In this document: piece after piece, positions 28,173-37,146 of the stretch
How positions within the stretch are numbered: position 1 is the stretch's first letter
How the letters are laid out: each line of letters starts with the position of its first letter
Source: Acidobacteria bacterium RIFCSPLOWO2_02_FULL_65_29
GTDB taxonomy: Bacteria; Acidobacteriota; Vicinamibacteria; Vicinamibacterales; CAVVIG01
NCBI GenBank assembly: GCA_001767435.1
Contig: MEKT01000147.1
Span: forward strand, 25,281-89,280
Direction: 5' to 3'
Length of the DNA stretch: 64,000 bases
Notes under the pieces: model-generated
Database searches by the model: none
Told to the model about the DNA's origin: nothing
The model's input: only the letters and a program-made list of their open reading frames with translations
Position numbers and translations under genes: made by a program

Positions 28173-30929
28173 TCAACGGTTCATGGCGCCGCCCGCCATT
28201 CGACGCTTCAGCTCGTCGACCCACTTCACCACGAGCTGAATGCCACGAATAGGCGGGGCCGGGTCGTTCTGGATCATCACGAACCGTTGGCTACCGCGAG
28301 CGACATCGTACGAGGCGTGCAACCGGGTTGCCGTGAACGATCCCTCGAACAACACCCGCGGCCTGCCGGCGCGGAATGTTGGCTGCATCGAGACGTCGAC
28401 CACCATCATCCGGCGGCCGCTGCGATAGAACAGCTCCGTGCCGCTCGACCCCCAAACCGGTTCGGCTCCCCCCTCCGAGGACACTTGCCACCGCTCCCCA
28501 GGGCCGGGAAACGGCTGCACGTACACTTCGGTGCGTCCCGTCGCATTCGAGACATATGCGAGCCAGCGGCCGTCCGGAGAAAACACCGCGTCGAGCTCCT
28601 CGTACGGCGTGACGAGGAAGGGCCGGGCTTTTCGATCGGCGAGCGACAGCACCCAGATATCCTGGCTGGTGGCGGGATCGAGCTGGGAGAAGGCCAGCCA
28701 GCGCCCGTCTGGTGACCAGGAAGACGGCAGCTTGTCGTGCTCACTGGTCACGAGCAGCTCGGGGGGTTGAGAACTGTCAACCGGCACCCAAAACAGATTC
28801 TGCGGGCTACCCGACCGGAAAACGACGCGCCGACCGTTGGGCGTCCAGATCGGATAGTGGCTGTCGCCGTTGAACGTCAGACGGCTGATCGTTGCGCGCG
28901 GCACGTCATAGATCCAGACGTCGTGGTTGGCGTCGTCCCTTTCCGTGGCCAGGCGGCTGCCATCCGGCGACAACCGCTGGAATAAAGGACGGAACTCGGT
29001 CAGGGGAAACTCGTCGACTGTCCCGCTCCGGTCGACCCACACCAGCCGGGAACTCGCGATAGCAGCCCCGGTCGCGTACGTCAGGGTCCCACGATCCGAC
29101 ACGCTGAACTCCGCGACGCCGTTCAACACGTTCGTCGTCAGCTCATCGAGGATTCGTGCAGAAGGCCCTGTTGCCTCCAAGGTCCGAACATCGAACGGCA
29201 GCGCGAACAACCCGCCCGAACGCGCATAGACCACGTACCCGGAGTCGCGGTCGATCGCCACGAATCGGGCGTGGGTCCCACCTTGGATGACGGTCTTCTG
29301 CTCGCCTGTCTCGAGCGACCGCGCGGCAATGATCGCATCGTCGAACGACCGCATGTCCGCGGTCTTGATCGTGAAGATCAGCCCTTTTCCGCCAGGCAGG
29401 ACCTCAGGAAAAGAATGGCTCCGCTCGCCTTTCTCCACATCCGGCGACGTGACCGCCTCAGGCTGCCCGCCGCTTGCGGGCACGCGCGAGATGCCGCCAG
29501 CAAACGAACCAGCAAAGAAGATCGTGTCGTCGGCGCCCCATGTCGCACCGAAGTACTGGCCGAACGTATCGAAGTCGGTCAAAGGGACGGCGGATCCTCC
29601 CCGGATGGCAACTTTTCGAAGCCTCCCGCCTGCATAGAATCCGATCCACTGGCCGTCGGGCGAGAAGAAGGGGCCGGTCGCTCCCTCCGTGCCGGCGATC
29701 GCTGTCGCGTCGGGCTGGTCGAGTTCGCGCACGAACAGACGTCTCGGTCCGTCCGAACTGGCCGCGTACACGACACGCCCACCATCAGGAGCGATGGCCA
29801 CGGCGGTCACCGCCGTCGATGCCAGACGGGTGTTGTCGGGCAGGGGCAACGTGGAGCGTATCGCGAGCGTCGACGCAACGTCTGTCGAGCGCCAGACTCG
29901 CGCACCGGCGAGCCATCCGAGCAAGCCCGCGGCGAGGCATGCTAGAAGAAAGCCAGCCACGTGCGTCCGATTGAGCGGGCGCAAAGGACTTCGGAGCACC
30001 GAATCCTTCGGGGGCTCTGAAGCTTCCAAATCGAGGCGCGCGTCGGCGATGTCACGCAGACGGCGGCGCGAATCTTTTTCCAGGCATCGTTCGAGCAGCC
30101 GGCGAACGGCGACAGGTGTCGTCTCGCGAAGGGGTGTCCAGTCGGGTTCGCGCTCGAGGATGGCGGCGATGGTGTCCGAGGTCGTCTCGCGCCGGAACGC
30201 CGCGCGGCCTGTTAACATCTCAAAGAGTACGCAACCGAACGCCCAAATGTCGGTCCGCTTGTCGACGGGTTTGCCGCGTGCCTGCTCCGGGCTCATGTAC
30301 GCGGCGGTCCCGAGAATCACCCCGTCGCGGGTCCCGGCCACCGTCGCCGTCGGCAATTGTGAAAGGTCAGGTGATCCGTCCGCCTCGGTTGTCAGTTTCG
30401 CCAGCCCGAAATCCAGCACTTTCACCGCGCCCGTCGGCGTGATCTTGATGTTCGCCGGCTTCAGGTCCCGGTGGACGATGCCTTTCTCGTGCGCCGCATC
30501 CAGTGCGTCGGCGATCTGCCGCGCGATCCGCAGCGCCTCGACGATGTGCAGGCCGGGTCCTGTGGACCCGGCATCCCCGGACCCGCCGATCCGTTCGGTG
30601 GACCCCGCGATCCGCTCGGCGAGCGTCTCGCCTTCCACTAGTTCCATGACCAGCGCGCGCATCCCTGCGCCGCCAATCGACGACTCCGTTTCCTCGACGC
30701 CGTACAGCGTGCCGATGTTGGGATGATTGAGCGACGCCAGCACTTGCGCTTCCCGATCGAACCGCGCGAGTCGCTCCGGGTCGCTCGTGAACGCGCGCGG
30801 CAGAATCTTGATCGCCACCTCGCGCCCGAGCTTCGTGTCGCGCGCGCGGTAGACTTCGCCCATGCCGCCCGCGCCGAGCGCGCCGACGATCTCATACGAC
30901 CCGAGACGCGCTCCCGAGGTTAGCAGCAT
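28173..30929 (-). CDS. Ser/Thr protein kinase with TM segment and C-terminal PD40/TolB-like beta-propeller
   Basis: Trimmed to MLLTSGARLGSYEIVGALGAGGMGEVYRARDTKLGREVAIKILP. Kinase motifs HRDLKPANI, DFGLAK and SPEQ. The C-terminus has many SPDG(R/Q)W(L/I)A(Y/F) PD40 repeats. Confidence 0.9.
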   Translation of the reverse strand: MLLTSGARLGSYEIVGALGAGGMGEVYRARDTKLGREVAIKILPRAFTSDPERLARFDREAQVLASLNHPNIGTLYGVEETESSIGGAGMRALVMELVEGETLAERIAGSTERIGGSGDAGSTGPGLHIVEALRIARQIADALDAAHEKGIVHRDLKPANIKITPTGAVKVLDFGLAKLTTEADGSPDLSQLPTATVAGTRDGVILGTAAYMSPEQARGKPVDKRTDIWAFGCVLFEMLTGRAAFRRETTSDTIAAILEREPDWTPLRETTPVAVRRLLERCLEKDSRRRLRDIADARLDLEASEPPKDSVLRSPLRPLNRTHVAGFLLACLAAGLLGWLAGARVWRSTDVASTLAIRSTLPLPDNTRLASTAVTAVAIAPDGGRVVYAASSDGPRRLFVRELDQPDATAIAGTEGATGPFFSPDGQWIGFYAGGRLRKVAIRGGSAVPLTDFDTFGQYFGATWGADDTIFFAGSFAGGISRVPASGGQPEAVTSPDVEKGERSHSFPEVLPGGKGLIFTIKTADMRSFDDAIIAARSLETGEQKTVIQGGTHARFVAIDRDSGYVVYARSGGLFALPFDVRTLEATGPSARILDELTTNVLNGVAEFSVSDRGTLTYATGAAIASSRLVWVDRSGTVDEFPLTEFRPLFQRLSPDGSRLATERDDANHDVWIYDVPRATISRLTFNGDSHYPIWTPNGRRVVFRSGSPQNLFWVPVDSSQPPELLVTSEHDKLPSSWSPDGRWLAFSQLDPATSQDIWVLSLADRKARPFLVTPYEELDAVFSPDGRWLAYVSNATGRTEVYVQPFPGPGERWQVSSEGGAEPVWGSSGTELFYRSGRRMMVVDVSMQPTFRAGRPRVLFEGSFTATRLHASYDVARGSQRFVMIQNDPAPPIRGIQLVVKWVDELKRRMAGGAMNR

Positions 30930-31009
30930 GGGCTCAGGGCCAACTTTCTTGCACTTGGAGTCAACCTCTCTGGTTTCTCGCGGCCCCGCCTCCGTTCGCG
31001 CGTCATACG

Positions 31010-31408
31010 CTACCAAACGGAGCGAACATGAGGATAGTCGCGCATTCTTCGATCCCTGGTGACCAACGTCGCGCCGTGATGCCTGGCAGTCGCCACGATA
31101 ATCTGGTCGGCCGGATCGCCGCGAAACGGCTGCGGCAGCCGGCAGCTGTCCACGAGAATTGGCGGGGTGAGCTCGGCCACGAGCAGTCCCGGCATCGCCG
31201 TGGCCTGATCGAGCCATTGATCCAGCGGCCGGTCCAGCACGAGCTGTCGCTTTTCGATCTTTTTCGCGACCTCCCACGCCGACATCAGAGACACCGCGAG
31301 CTGGCCGGCCCGCTGGCCACGCGCAATCGCCGCGCGGGCCTTGGGTGACAGCCGCCGATCCTCCGTCACCCACCAGATCCACGCATGAGTATCAAGAAGC
31401 GTCTGCAT
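31010..31408 (-). CDS. PIN-domain toxin (VapC-like)
   Basis: Trimmed to MQTLLDTHAWIWWVTEDRRLSPKA... C-terminus …DPADQIIVATARHHGATLVTRDRRM…. Overlaps the upstream antitoxin gene by 17 nt. Confidence 0.82.
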   Translation of the reverse strand: MQTLLDTHAWIWWVTEDRRLSPKARAAIARGQRAGQLAVSLMSAWEVAKKIEKRQLVLDRPLDQWLDQATAMPGLLVAELTPPILVDSCRLPQPFRGDPADQIIVATARHHGATLVTRDRRMRDYPHVRSVW

Positions 31409-31616
31409 CCCAGCCTTCGCCAGTGCCAAACGGGTCGCCGTGCTCCTCGAGGACACTGCCTTTCAGCCCCCGGCGCGGCGGCGGCGCGCCGCACGGCACC
31501 AGCTTGGCGACCGGGCGTCCGCGCTTCGTGATCACGACCTCTGTTTTCGTCTTCGCCACCTCGTCGAGGGTCTTCAGGCAGACATCCTTGAATTTTCCGG
31601 CGGCCATGATCTTCAT
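31392..31616 (-). CDS. Phd/YefM-type antitoxin
   Basis: MKIMAAGKFKDVCLKTLDEVAKTKTEVVITKRGRPVAKLVP is the classic Phd/YefM N-terminal fold pattern. The start was chosen at ATG 31616 because of promoter geometry. The ORF-track GTG at 31634 and the ATG at 31607 are alternatives. Confidence 0.75.
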   Translation of the reverse strand: MKIMAAGKFKDVCLKTLDEVAKTKTEVVITKRGRPVAKLVPCGAPPPRRGLKGSVLEEHGDPFGTGEGWDADAS

Positions 31617-31623
31617 GATCGGA

Positions 31624-31653
31624 AATATAGCCACGACGATATGGCCATGTCAA
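31624..31653 (-). promoter_or_regulatory. Candidate sigma-70-type promoter for the phd-vapC pair (leaderless geometry)
   Basis: Minus strand reads TTGACA (31653-31648), an 18-nt spacer, TATATT (31629-31624), then 7 nt to ATG 31616. Confidence 0.4.
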
Positions 31654-31735
31654 CGAATTAGAGCCGCCAAGACCAGAAGCATTCAGGGTCTCACGTTCCA
31701 ATTCGACCCGCTGCTGGCGATCGATCAGACATCAG

Positions 31736-34477
31736 CTACCGCCCTCGCGCTTCGAGGTGCGCGGCCCAGTGAACGAACACGTTCACAACCGACGGAGCGT
31801 CCCTCGGCGTCGGACACAGCCACAGGCTGCGCGTGCCGTCCGCTGACACGGCGTATCGATATTCGTACGGCGCCGTGTTGGTGCCGCAGGCACTGAACAG
31901 GGCGATGGGCGGGGAGCCCCCGAACACGTCGCCTGCCCCCACCGCAACAGCCATCAGCCTGTTGGCGGCATCGATGAAAAACAGCTCGCGGCCGTCGCGG
32001 CGCCATCTCGGCTGCGTGCCTCCGGACGTCGACACCCGCTGTTTGCCAGCCTTCCCGAGCGTCTGCACGTAGATTTCATTCGCGCCGGACTCGTCCGACA
32101 CGTAGGCGATCCAACGTCCATCGGAAGAGAAAGAGGCGGTCTGCTCCTGAAATTCCGTCTGAGCCAACGCATAGGGTTTGCGACCATCGGTCGGCACAAG
32201 CCACACGTCTAACGATGTCGGGGGCCTGTTGACGTCAACCGCGAGCAGCCGGCCACCCTGAGACCAGTCGGTCGGAAAAGAGTTTCCACCGGCGTCGGTC
32301 GGAATCATTTCCTCGAGTCCGGAACCGTCGGCCGCCTTGCGATAGACGCTCGACAGGCCGTTGCGGTCGGATGCGAACGCCATCTGCGCTCCGTCGGGCG
32401 ACCAGGTGGGATACCAGTCATTTGCCGGATGGGCCGTGAACCGCGTGAGCGCGCCGCTGCCGACATCGACGTGCCAGATGTCGCGATTGCCCGTCCCGGT
32501 GTCAGTCGTTACCACAGCAGCGCGCTTCCCGTCGGGCGCCAGCCGTAACTGGCCGAAGGCGCCTTCCACGATCGTCGGTCCCACTTTCGCGCCGCTGCGA
32601 TCGAACCACCCGAGTTGGCTCGGTCTGTCGACATCCGTCCGATACGCCACAACGCGACCGTCGGCGGAGACCGAAAAGGAGGCCTTCGCGCTGGCAGAGT
32701 TCTGGGCAACGTTGCCAGCCAGCGCAAACGGCTCGCCGATCAATCGCAGCGCGACCGCATCGAACCGCTGCGCCAGCAAGGTGCCTTCGCGCGCGAACAG
32801 GAGATAGCCGGGATCGGCGTACACCGCATCAGACTGAGCCTCGACCAGCCAGGTTCGGTCCTTCGAGTCGAGCGCGCCGACGTAGATCCCGGTGTTCTCT
32901 TTGACATCGCTCCGCGCGGTGAACAAGAAGTGGCGTCCGTCTGGAAGAAAGTGCGGCCATCTGTGGGAATTTTCGCGCCGCGCGGGATCGAGCGATGTCA
33001 CCTGTTCGGCCGGGCCGCCTGAGGCCGACACGCGATAGAGCGGCACCCGGTTGTTGGGCGAGAACAAGACGACGCCGTCCTGGTTCCATGTCGCACCGAG
33101 GAACCCGTCTGTGATGCTGCTGATGTTCTGCACGAGTCCCCCGGAGAGGTCGACCTTTTTCAACCTTCTCTCTTCGGGCGCTCCAAACCCCACGAACCGG
33201 GAATCCGGCGACCAGAACGGGTTCTCCGCACCATCGGTGCCACCGATCTGACGAGGGGTCGGTGAGTCGATCGATCGGATCCACAGCCCTCTTTTCCCAG
33301 CGACGTCCTCCGCGACAAAGGCAATCTGCCGTCCATCCGGTGAGGGGACCGGCGAGCCAGGAATCTGTGGCGCCTGGTCCGGTGCCGCGAAAGTGAAGCG
33401 CATCGGGTCTTCGACTGCGGTGGCAGGTCGAGAGGGCATGCCCATAAAGACCGCCATCGCGCCGAGCACGACCCCGATCGCGAGCGCGCTCCAGATCGGA
33501 ATCCGATTCGACGGGCGCGGGACTTCCTCCCCGGGAGACGATGCGCTGTCGTTCATCTCGACGCGCGCGTCGCCGATATCGCGAAGGCGGTGGTGAGGAT
33601 CCTTGTCGAGGCAGCGCCGCAACAGGTGTGTGACGGATGGCGGCGTGGCGGCAGGCAGCGCGGTCCAATCGGGTTCGCGTTCGAGGATGGCGGCGATCGT
33701 GTCCGACACCGTCTCGCGCGCAAATGCTGCGCGCCCCGTCAACATCTCGTAAACCACACACCCGAACGCCCAGATATCCGTTCGCTTGTCGACGGCCTTG
33801 CCGCGCGCCTGCTCGGGACTCATGTACGCCGCCGTCCCGAGAATCACGCCATCGCGCGTCCCGGCCACCGTCATCGTCGGCGACTGCGACAGATCCGGCC
33901 CGTCCATGCCTGCTTCGCCTGCCGTGCCTGCCCCAAGCTTCGCCAGCCCGAAATCCAGTACCTTCACCAACCCGCTGGGCGTGATCTTGATGTTCGCCGG
34001 CTTCAGATCCCGATGGACAATTCCCTTCTCGTGCGCCGCGTCCAGTGCGTCGGCGATTTGGCGGGCAATGGTCAGCGCCTCACCGACCGGAAGCCCACCG
34101 GCTTTGGGCTGTTCGCTTTGGGCTCCAGGCCCTGCGCGCTCGCGTCCGACAGCCCGAAGCCCAGAGCCTGACGCCAATTTCTCCGCGAGCGTCTCGCCCT
34201 CGATGAGCTCCATGACCAGGCCGCGAATGCCGTCTGCTTCTTCGACTCCGTGAATCGTCGCAATGTTGGGGTGATTGAGGGACGCCAGCATGCGCGCTTC
34301 CCGCTCGAACCGCGCGAGCCGCTCCGGGTCGCTCGTGAACGCGCGCGGCAGAATCTTGATCGCCACGTCGCGCCCGAGCTTCGTGTCGCGCGCGCGGTAG
34401 ACTTCGCCCATGCCACCGGCACCGATGGCGCTGACGACTTCGTGCGGTCCGAGACGCGTTCCGATGACAAGCGGCAT
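31736..34477 (-). CDS. Ser/Thr protein kinase with TM segment and C-terminal PD40/TolB-like beta-propeller (paralog of 28173-30929)
   Basis: Trimmed to MPLVIGTRLGPHEVVSAIGAGGMGEVYRARDTKLGRDVAIKILP. Same motifs and architecture as the first kinase. The 5' leader …agtgcaag…ccctgagcccATG is shared with the paralog. Confidence 0.9.
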   Translation of the reverse strand: MPLVIGTRLGPHEVVSAIGAGGMGEVYRARDTKLGRDVAIKILPRAFTSDPERLARFEREARMLASLNHPNIATIHGVEEADGIRGLVMELIEGETLAEKLASGSGLRAVGRERAGPGAQSEQPKAGGLPVGEALTIARQIADALDAAHEKGIVHRDLKPANIKITPSGLVKVLDFGLAKLGAGTAGEAGMDGPDLSQSPTMTVAGTRDGVILGTAAYMSPEQARGKAVDKRTDIWAFGCVVYEMLTGRAAFARETVSDTIAAILEREPDWTALPAATPPSVTHLLRRCLDKDPHHRLRDIGDARVEMNDSASSPGEEVPRPSNRIPIWSALAIGVVLGAMAVFMGMPSRPATAVEDPMRFTFAAPDQAPQIPGSPVPSPDGRQIAFVAEDVAGKRGLWIRSIDSPTPRQIGGTDGAENPFWSPDSRFVGFGAPEERRLKKVDLSGGLVQNISSITDGFLGATWNQDGVVLFSPNNRVPLYRVSASGGPAEQVTSLDPARRENSHRWPHFLPDGRHFLFTARSDVKENTGIYVGALDSKDRTWLVEAQSDAVYADPGYLLFAREGTLLAQRFDAVALRLIGEPFALAGNVAQNSASAKASFSVSADGRVVAYRTDVDRPSQLGWFDRSGAKVGPTIVEGAFGQLRLAPDGKRAAVVTTDTGTGNRDIWHVDVGSGALTRFTAHPANDWYPTWSPDGAQMAFASDRNGLSSVYRKAADGSGLEEMIPTDAGGNSFPTDWSQGGRLLAVDVNRPPTSLDVWLVPTDGRKPYALAQTEFQEQTASFSSDGRWIAYVSDESGANEIYVQTLGKAGKQRVSTSGGTQPRWRRDGRELFFIDAANRLMAVAVGAGDVFGGSPPIALFSACGTNTAPYEYRYAVSADGTRSLWLCPTPRDAPSVVNVFVHWAAHLEARGR

Positions 34478-34507
34478 GGGCTCAGGGTCCACATGCTTGC
34501 ACTGCCG

Positions 34508-34600
34508 GCTGGGCCCCCCGCCTCCGCTCGCCGATAACGCACGCGAGCTTCGGCGAGGCTCGCCGAAGCGCCGGAGGCGCGAAGGCGGCACCCCCGCCGG
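34508..34600. repeat. Family B hairpin repeat upstream of kinase 2
   Basis: cccccgcctccgctcgcc… followed by a perfect 10-bp stem cttcggcgag-g-ctcgccgaag (34548-34568). Shares words with 27046-27103 and 25805-25860. Confidence 0.75.
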
Positions 34601-34649
34601 GTGTTGACGCTGATGCCTCGGCTCCCGCCTCGGCATAGCCGCCGCCGCT

Positions 34650-34709
34650 CATGCCGAGCGCGCCGGTGATCTCAAACGCGCCGAAACGCGCGCCGGTGGT
34701 TAGCCGCAT
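34650..34709 (-). pseudogene. Remnant of a kinase N-terminus (about 20 codons)
   Basis: ATG 34709 lies 14 nt after the protease stop and encodes MRLTTGARFGAFEITGALG. This aligns with MLLTSGARLGSYEIVGALG of kinase 1, then diverges into repeat-derived sequence before the glycine loop is complete. Confidence 0.5.
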
Positions 34710-34722
34710 GGCGACACGAGAT

Positions 34723-35127
34723 TCACCTTTCGCGTCCGGGTGCCCTCGGGCTTGGTAACGGCGCCGCCGGCACAGGACCGGCCGCCACCAGCTTCTTCCG
34801 TTGAGCGTCCACGAGCAGGTTCAAGCCTTCGAGCGTGCGGGCGCCGAGAAGGGCCAGGTCGCCTAACTCACCGAACACGACTTCATCAATGGTAAAAAAC
34901 TCGCTCAGTCGGATAATGGCAAACCCAACGCTGCGCGTAATCTGCTGGCCATTCGCCATCACAAAGCGCACGTCTTTCTTCTCGCGGGCGATGCCAAGGC
35001 GTTCGAGCACCTTCGCCGGAACCCACGTGTACTCGCTGCCCGTGTCCACGAGGATCTTGGGAATGGTTGCGCCCTTGGCGCGGCGGCTCGGGTTCTCGAT
35101 CCTGCATCGAGTGTGAAGCGTGCCCAT
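34723..35127 (-). CDS. Retropepsin-like (clan AA) aspartyl protease
   Basis: 134 aa. ILVDTGSEYTWVP contains the D-T-G catalytic triad motif. Size and …LLGARTLEGLNLLVD… tail are typical of bacterial retropepsin-like proteins. Confidence 0.75.
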   Translation of the reverse strand: MGTLHTRCRIENPSRRAKGATIPKILVDTGSEYTWVPAKVLERLGIAREKKDVRFVMANGQQITRSVGFAIIRLSEFFTIDEVVFGELGDLALLGARTLEGLNLLVDAQRKKLVAAGPVPAAPLPSPRAPGRER

Positions 35128-35159
35128 GGAGTCTGACGTGCCCGAATTATACTGGCATC

Positions 35160-35559
35160 GTGGATGCGAAGCCGCTGCTCGTGGAAATCGGACGCCGGCT
35201 CCGGCAGGTCAACCTCGAAGCGGTCTTGATCGGCAATGCGGCCGCAGCCTTGCAGGGCGCTCCGGTCACGACGCGACTTCGACTTCCTGTTTCGGAAAAC
35301 GACCTGCAACCTCGGCAAGCTCAAGGCGCTGGCGCGCCAACTGCAAGAAAGCCAACGGCCCACGTGATCGGGCCGTTTTGGAGATCCTGGAGATAGCGCT
35401 CGAGGAAAGTGGTCAGTCGAAAGAAGAAGCTCGCCGCGGTCGCAAGAGAAAGTGAACGCGGTCTTCGCGAGATGATCCGCCGCTGGCAGGCGCGGCCTGT
35501 CGAACGACGGACCACGTTCCTGCGTAAGCGGGTCGCGCCAGGACGGACGGCCCTTTAGG
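35160..35559 (+). pseudogene. Decayed gene with about three frameshifts (conserved hypothetical)
   Basis: Protein-like segments switch frame. Frame 0: (V)DAKPLLVEIGRRLRQVNLEAVLIGNAAAALQGAPVTT. Frame +1: DFDFLFRKTTCNLGKLKALARQLQ. Frame +2: RAVLEILEIALEESG. Frame 0 again: KKKLAAVARESERGLREMIRRWQARPVERRTTFLRKRV ending at TAG 35556-35558. Confidence 0.4.
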
Positions 35560-35612
35560 CGACCGGATTCAGACGGCGTTGAACGTCAGGAATTGGAAAA
35601 CGGCGATCGCTG

Positions 35613-37088
35613 TCAGGCCTCGAACTTCGCGATCGGCCGGATCCGATCGTGCACATTTCTCAGCTCTTGTTCCATCGCATCGAACGCATCAACGGCCTCG
35701 GGGGCAAACTGCTTGCCGACGTCCTTGCGGACGCGGCGCGCCGCTTCCTCGAGCGGCAGCGCGTTCCGATAGGGGCGCGCGGAGGTCATGGCGTCGTAGC
35801 TGTCGGCGACCGACATGAGGCGCGCGTGCGGGTGGATGTTGCTGCCCGCCACGCGATCGGGGTAACCGGCGCCGTCCCATCGCTCGTGGTGGCCGCGGAT
35901 GCCGGGCAATGAATCCTGCATGAAGGCCAGCCCCAGCAGCATCTCGAAGCCGATCGTCACGTGCGCTTCCATCTTGGCGCGCTCGGCCGGATCGAGGGGC
36001 CCCGCTTTGAGGAGCACGTTGTCGGGCACGCCCACTTTCCCGATATCGTGCAGCATGCACGCGCGGCGGAGAATCTCGAGCTCGCTGCTCGGAATGCCGG
36101 CCGCGCGCGCGAGCACGAGCGTGTAGGCGGTGACGCGCTCGGAGTGGCCGGCCGTGTATGTGTCGCGGGCGTCGATGGCTTTCGCAAAGGATTCGAGCGT
36201 GGCGCGCACCTGGCGCTCGCGATCCTCGTATAGCTTCGCCGTTTCGAGCGCGGCGGCGGCGTGCGCGGCGAACGCCGCGGCGTACTGCACCTGCTCGGGG
36301 CTGAACCGTCCCGCGTACCACATCTGGTCCGCGTAGAGGGCGCCAATCGGGCCCGTCCGCCCGAGCAGCGGCACGCACAGCGCCGAGCGCACGCCGGCGC
36401 GCGCGATGCTCAGCGCCTCCTGCAGCTGGCTGTCGAGCGAGGCGTCGCACACCTCGAGCACTTCGCGCGCGCGAATCGCCTGCCGCACGACGGTGCTGCT
36501 CGCGAAATCCGACACGGACGTGTACGCCCCGTCCGGCCTGACCGCGCGCGTCGTCAGCTCGCCGCTGGCCGCATCGAAGAGCAGAATGGCCGACCGGTCC
36601 GGTTTGAGCACGGGCTGCAGCCGATCGAGCACGCGGTCGAGCAGCCCCGCCAGGTCCGTGCACGCCATGAGCTCGCGGCTCGTCGCGAGCAGAGCGGCGA
36701 TTGCCGAAGCGTCCACGTGCTTCTGCGGCTCCTCGACCTTGACCGAGCGGTACACCGTCGAATCGAAGCTGTCGAGCACGGGAGCCGCGGGCGCCTCCTC
36801 GACCAGGTACTCGAGCACGCCGAAGACCACGTGATCGCCCGGCGCGAGCGGTCCCGTTTTCTGCCGGGCGCGGTTGATGAAGACGCCGTTCGTGCTGCCG
36901 AGGTCCTCGACCGAGAGCGTGCCTTCGCCCGTCATGTTCACGGACGCGTGCAGCCTCGACAAGCTCGGCTCGTCGATGACGACGTCGGCCTGCGGCGATC
37001 GGCCGATCGTCTTCTTCTCGCCTTTGTCGAGAAAAATCGACGGCAGATGCGGCACGTCGGGCGCCGGTCTCAAACACGCTCTGGTCAA
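35613..37088 (-). CDS. FHA - GAF - HD-GYP domain protein (putative phosphothreonine-responsive c-di-GMP phosphodiesterase)
   Basis: 491 aa, TTG start. FHA: KKTIGRSPQADVVIDEPSLSRLHASV…GSTNGVFIN. A central GAF-like region follows. HD-GYP: HSERV…MLHDIGKVGVP…GHHERWDGAGYPD. Confidence 0.85.
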   Translation of the reverse strand: MTRACLRPAPDVPHLPSIFLDKGEKKTIGRSPQADVVIDEPSLSRLHASVNMTGEGTLSVEDLGSTNGVFINRARQKTGPLAPGDHVVFGVLEYLVEEAPAAPVLDSFDSTVYRSVKVEEPQKHVDASAIAALLATSRELMACTDLAGLLDRVLDRLQPVLKPDRSAILLFDAASGELTTRAVRPDGAYTSVSDFASSTVVRQAIRAREVLEVCDASLDSQLQEALSIARAGVRSALCVPLLGRTGPIGALYADQMWYAGRFSPEQVQYAAAFAAHAAAALETAKLYEDRERQVRATLESFAKAIDARDTYTAGHSERVTAYTLVLARAAGIPSSELEILRRACMLHDIGKVGVPDNVLLKAGPLDPAERAKMEAHVTIGFEMLLGLAFMQDSLPGIRGHHERWDGAGYPDRVAGSNIHPHARLMSVADSYDAMTSARPYRNALPLEEAARRVRKDVGKQFAPEAVDAFDAMEQELRNVHDRIRPIAKFEA

Positions 37089-37096
37089 GTCATCAC

Positions 37097-37146
37097 CAGC
37101 TATCAGCTATCGGCGCTCAGCCCCGAGTCCCTAGTCCCTAGTCCCT
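37097..37146 (+). repeat. Two short heptamer arrays (CAGCTAT x2, AGTCCCT x3)
   Basis: cagctatcagctat at 37097-37110 and agtccct agtccct agtccct at 37126-37146, in the 56-nt spacer between two co-directional genes. Confidence 0.75.
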
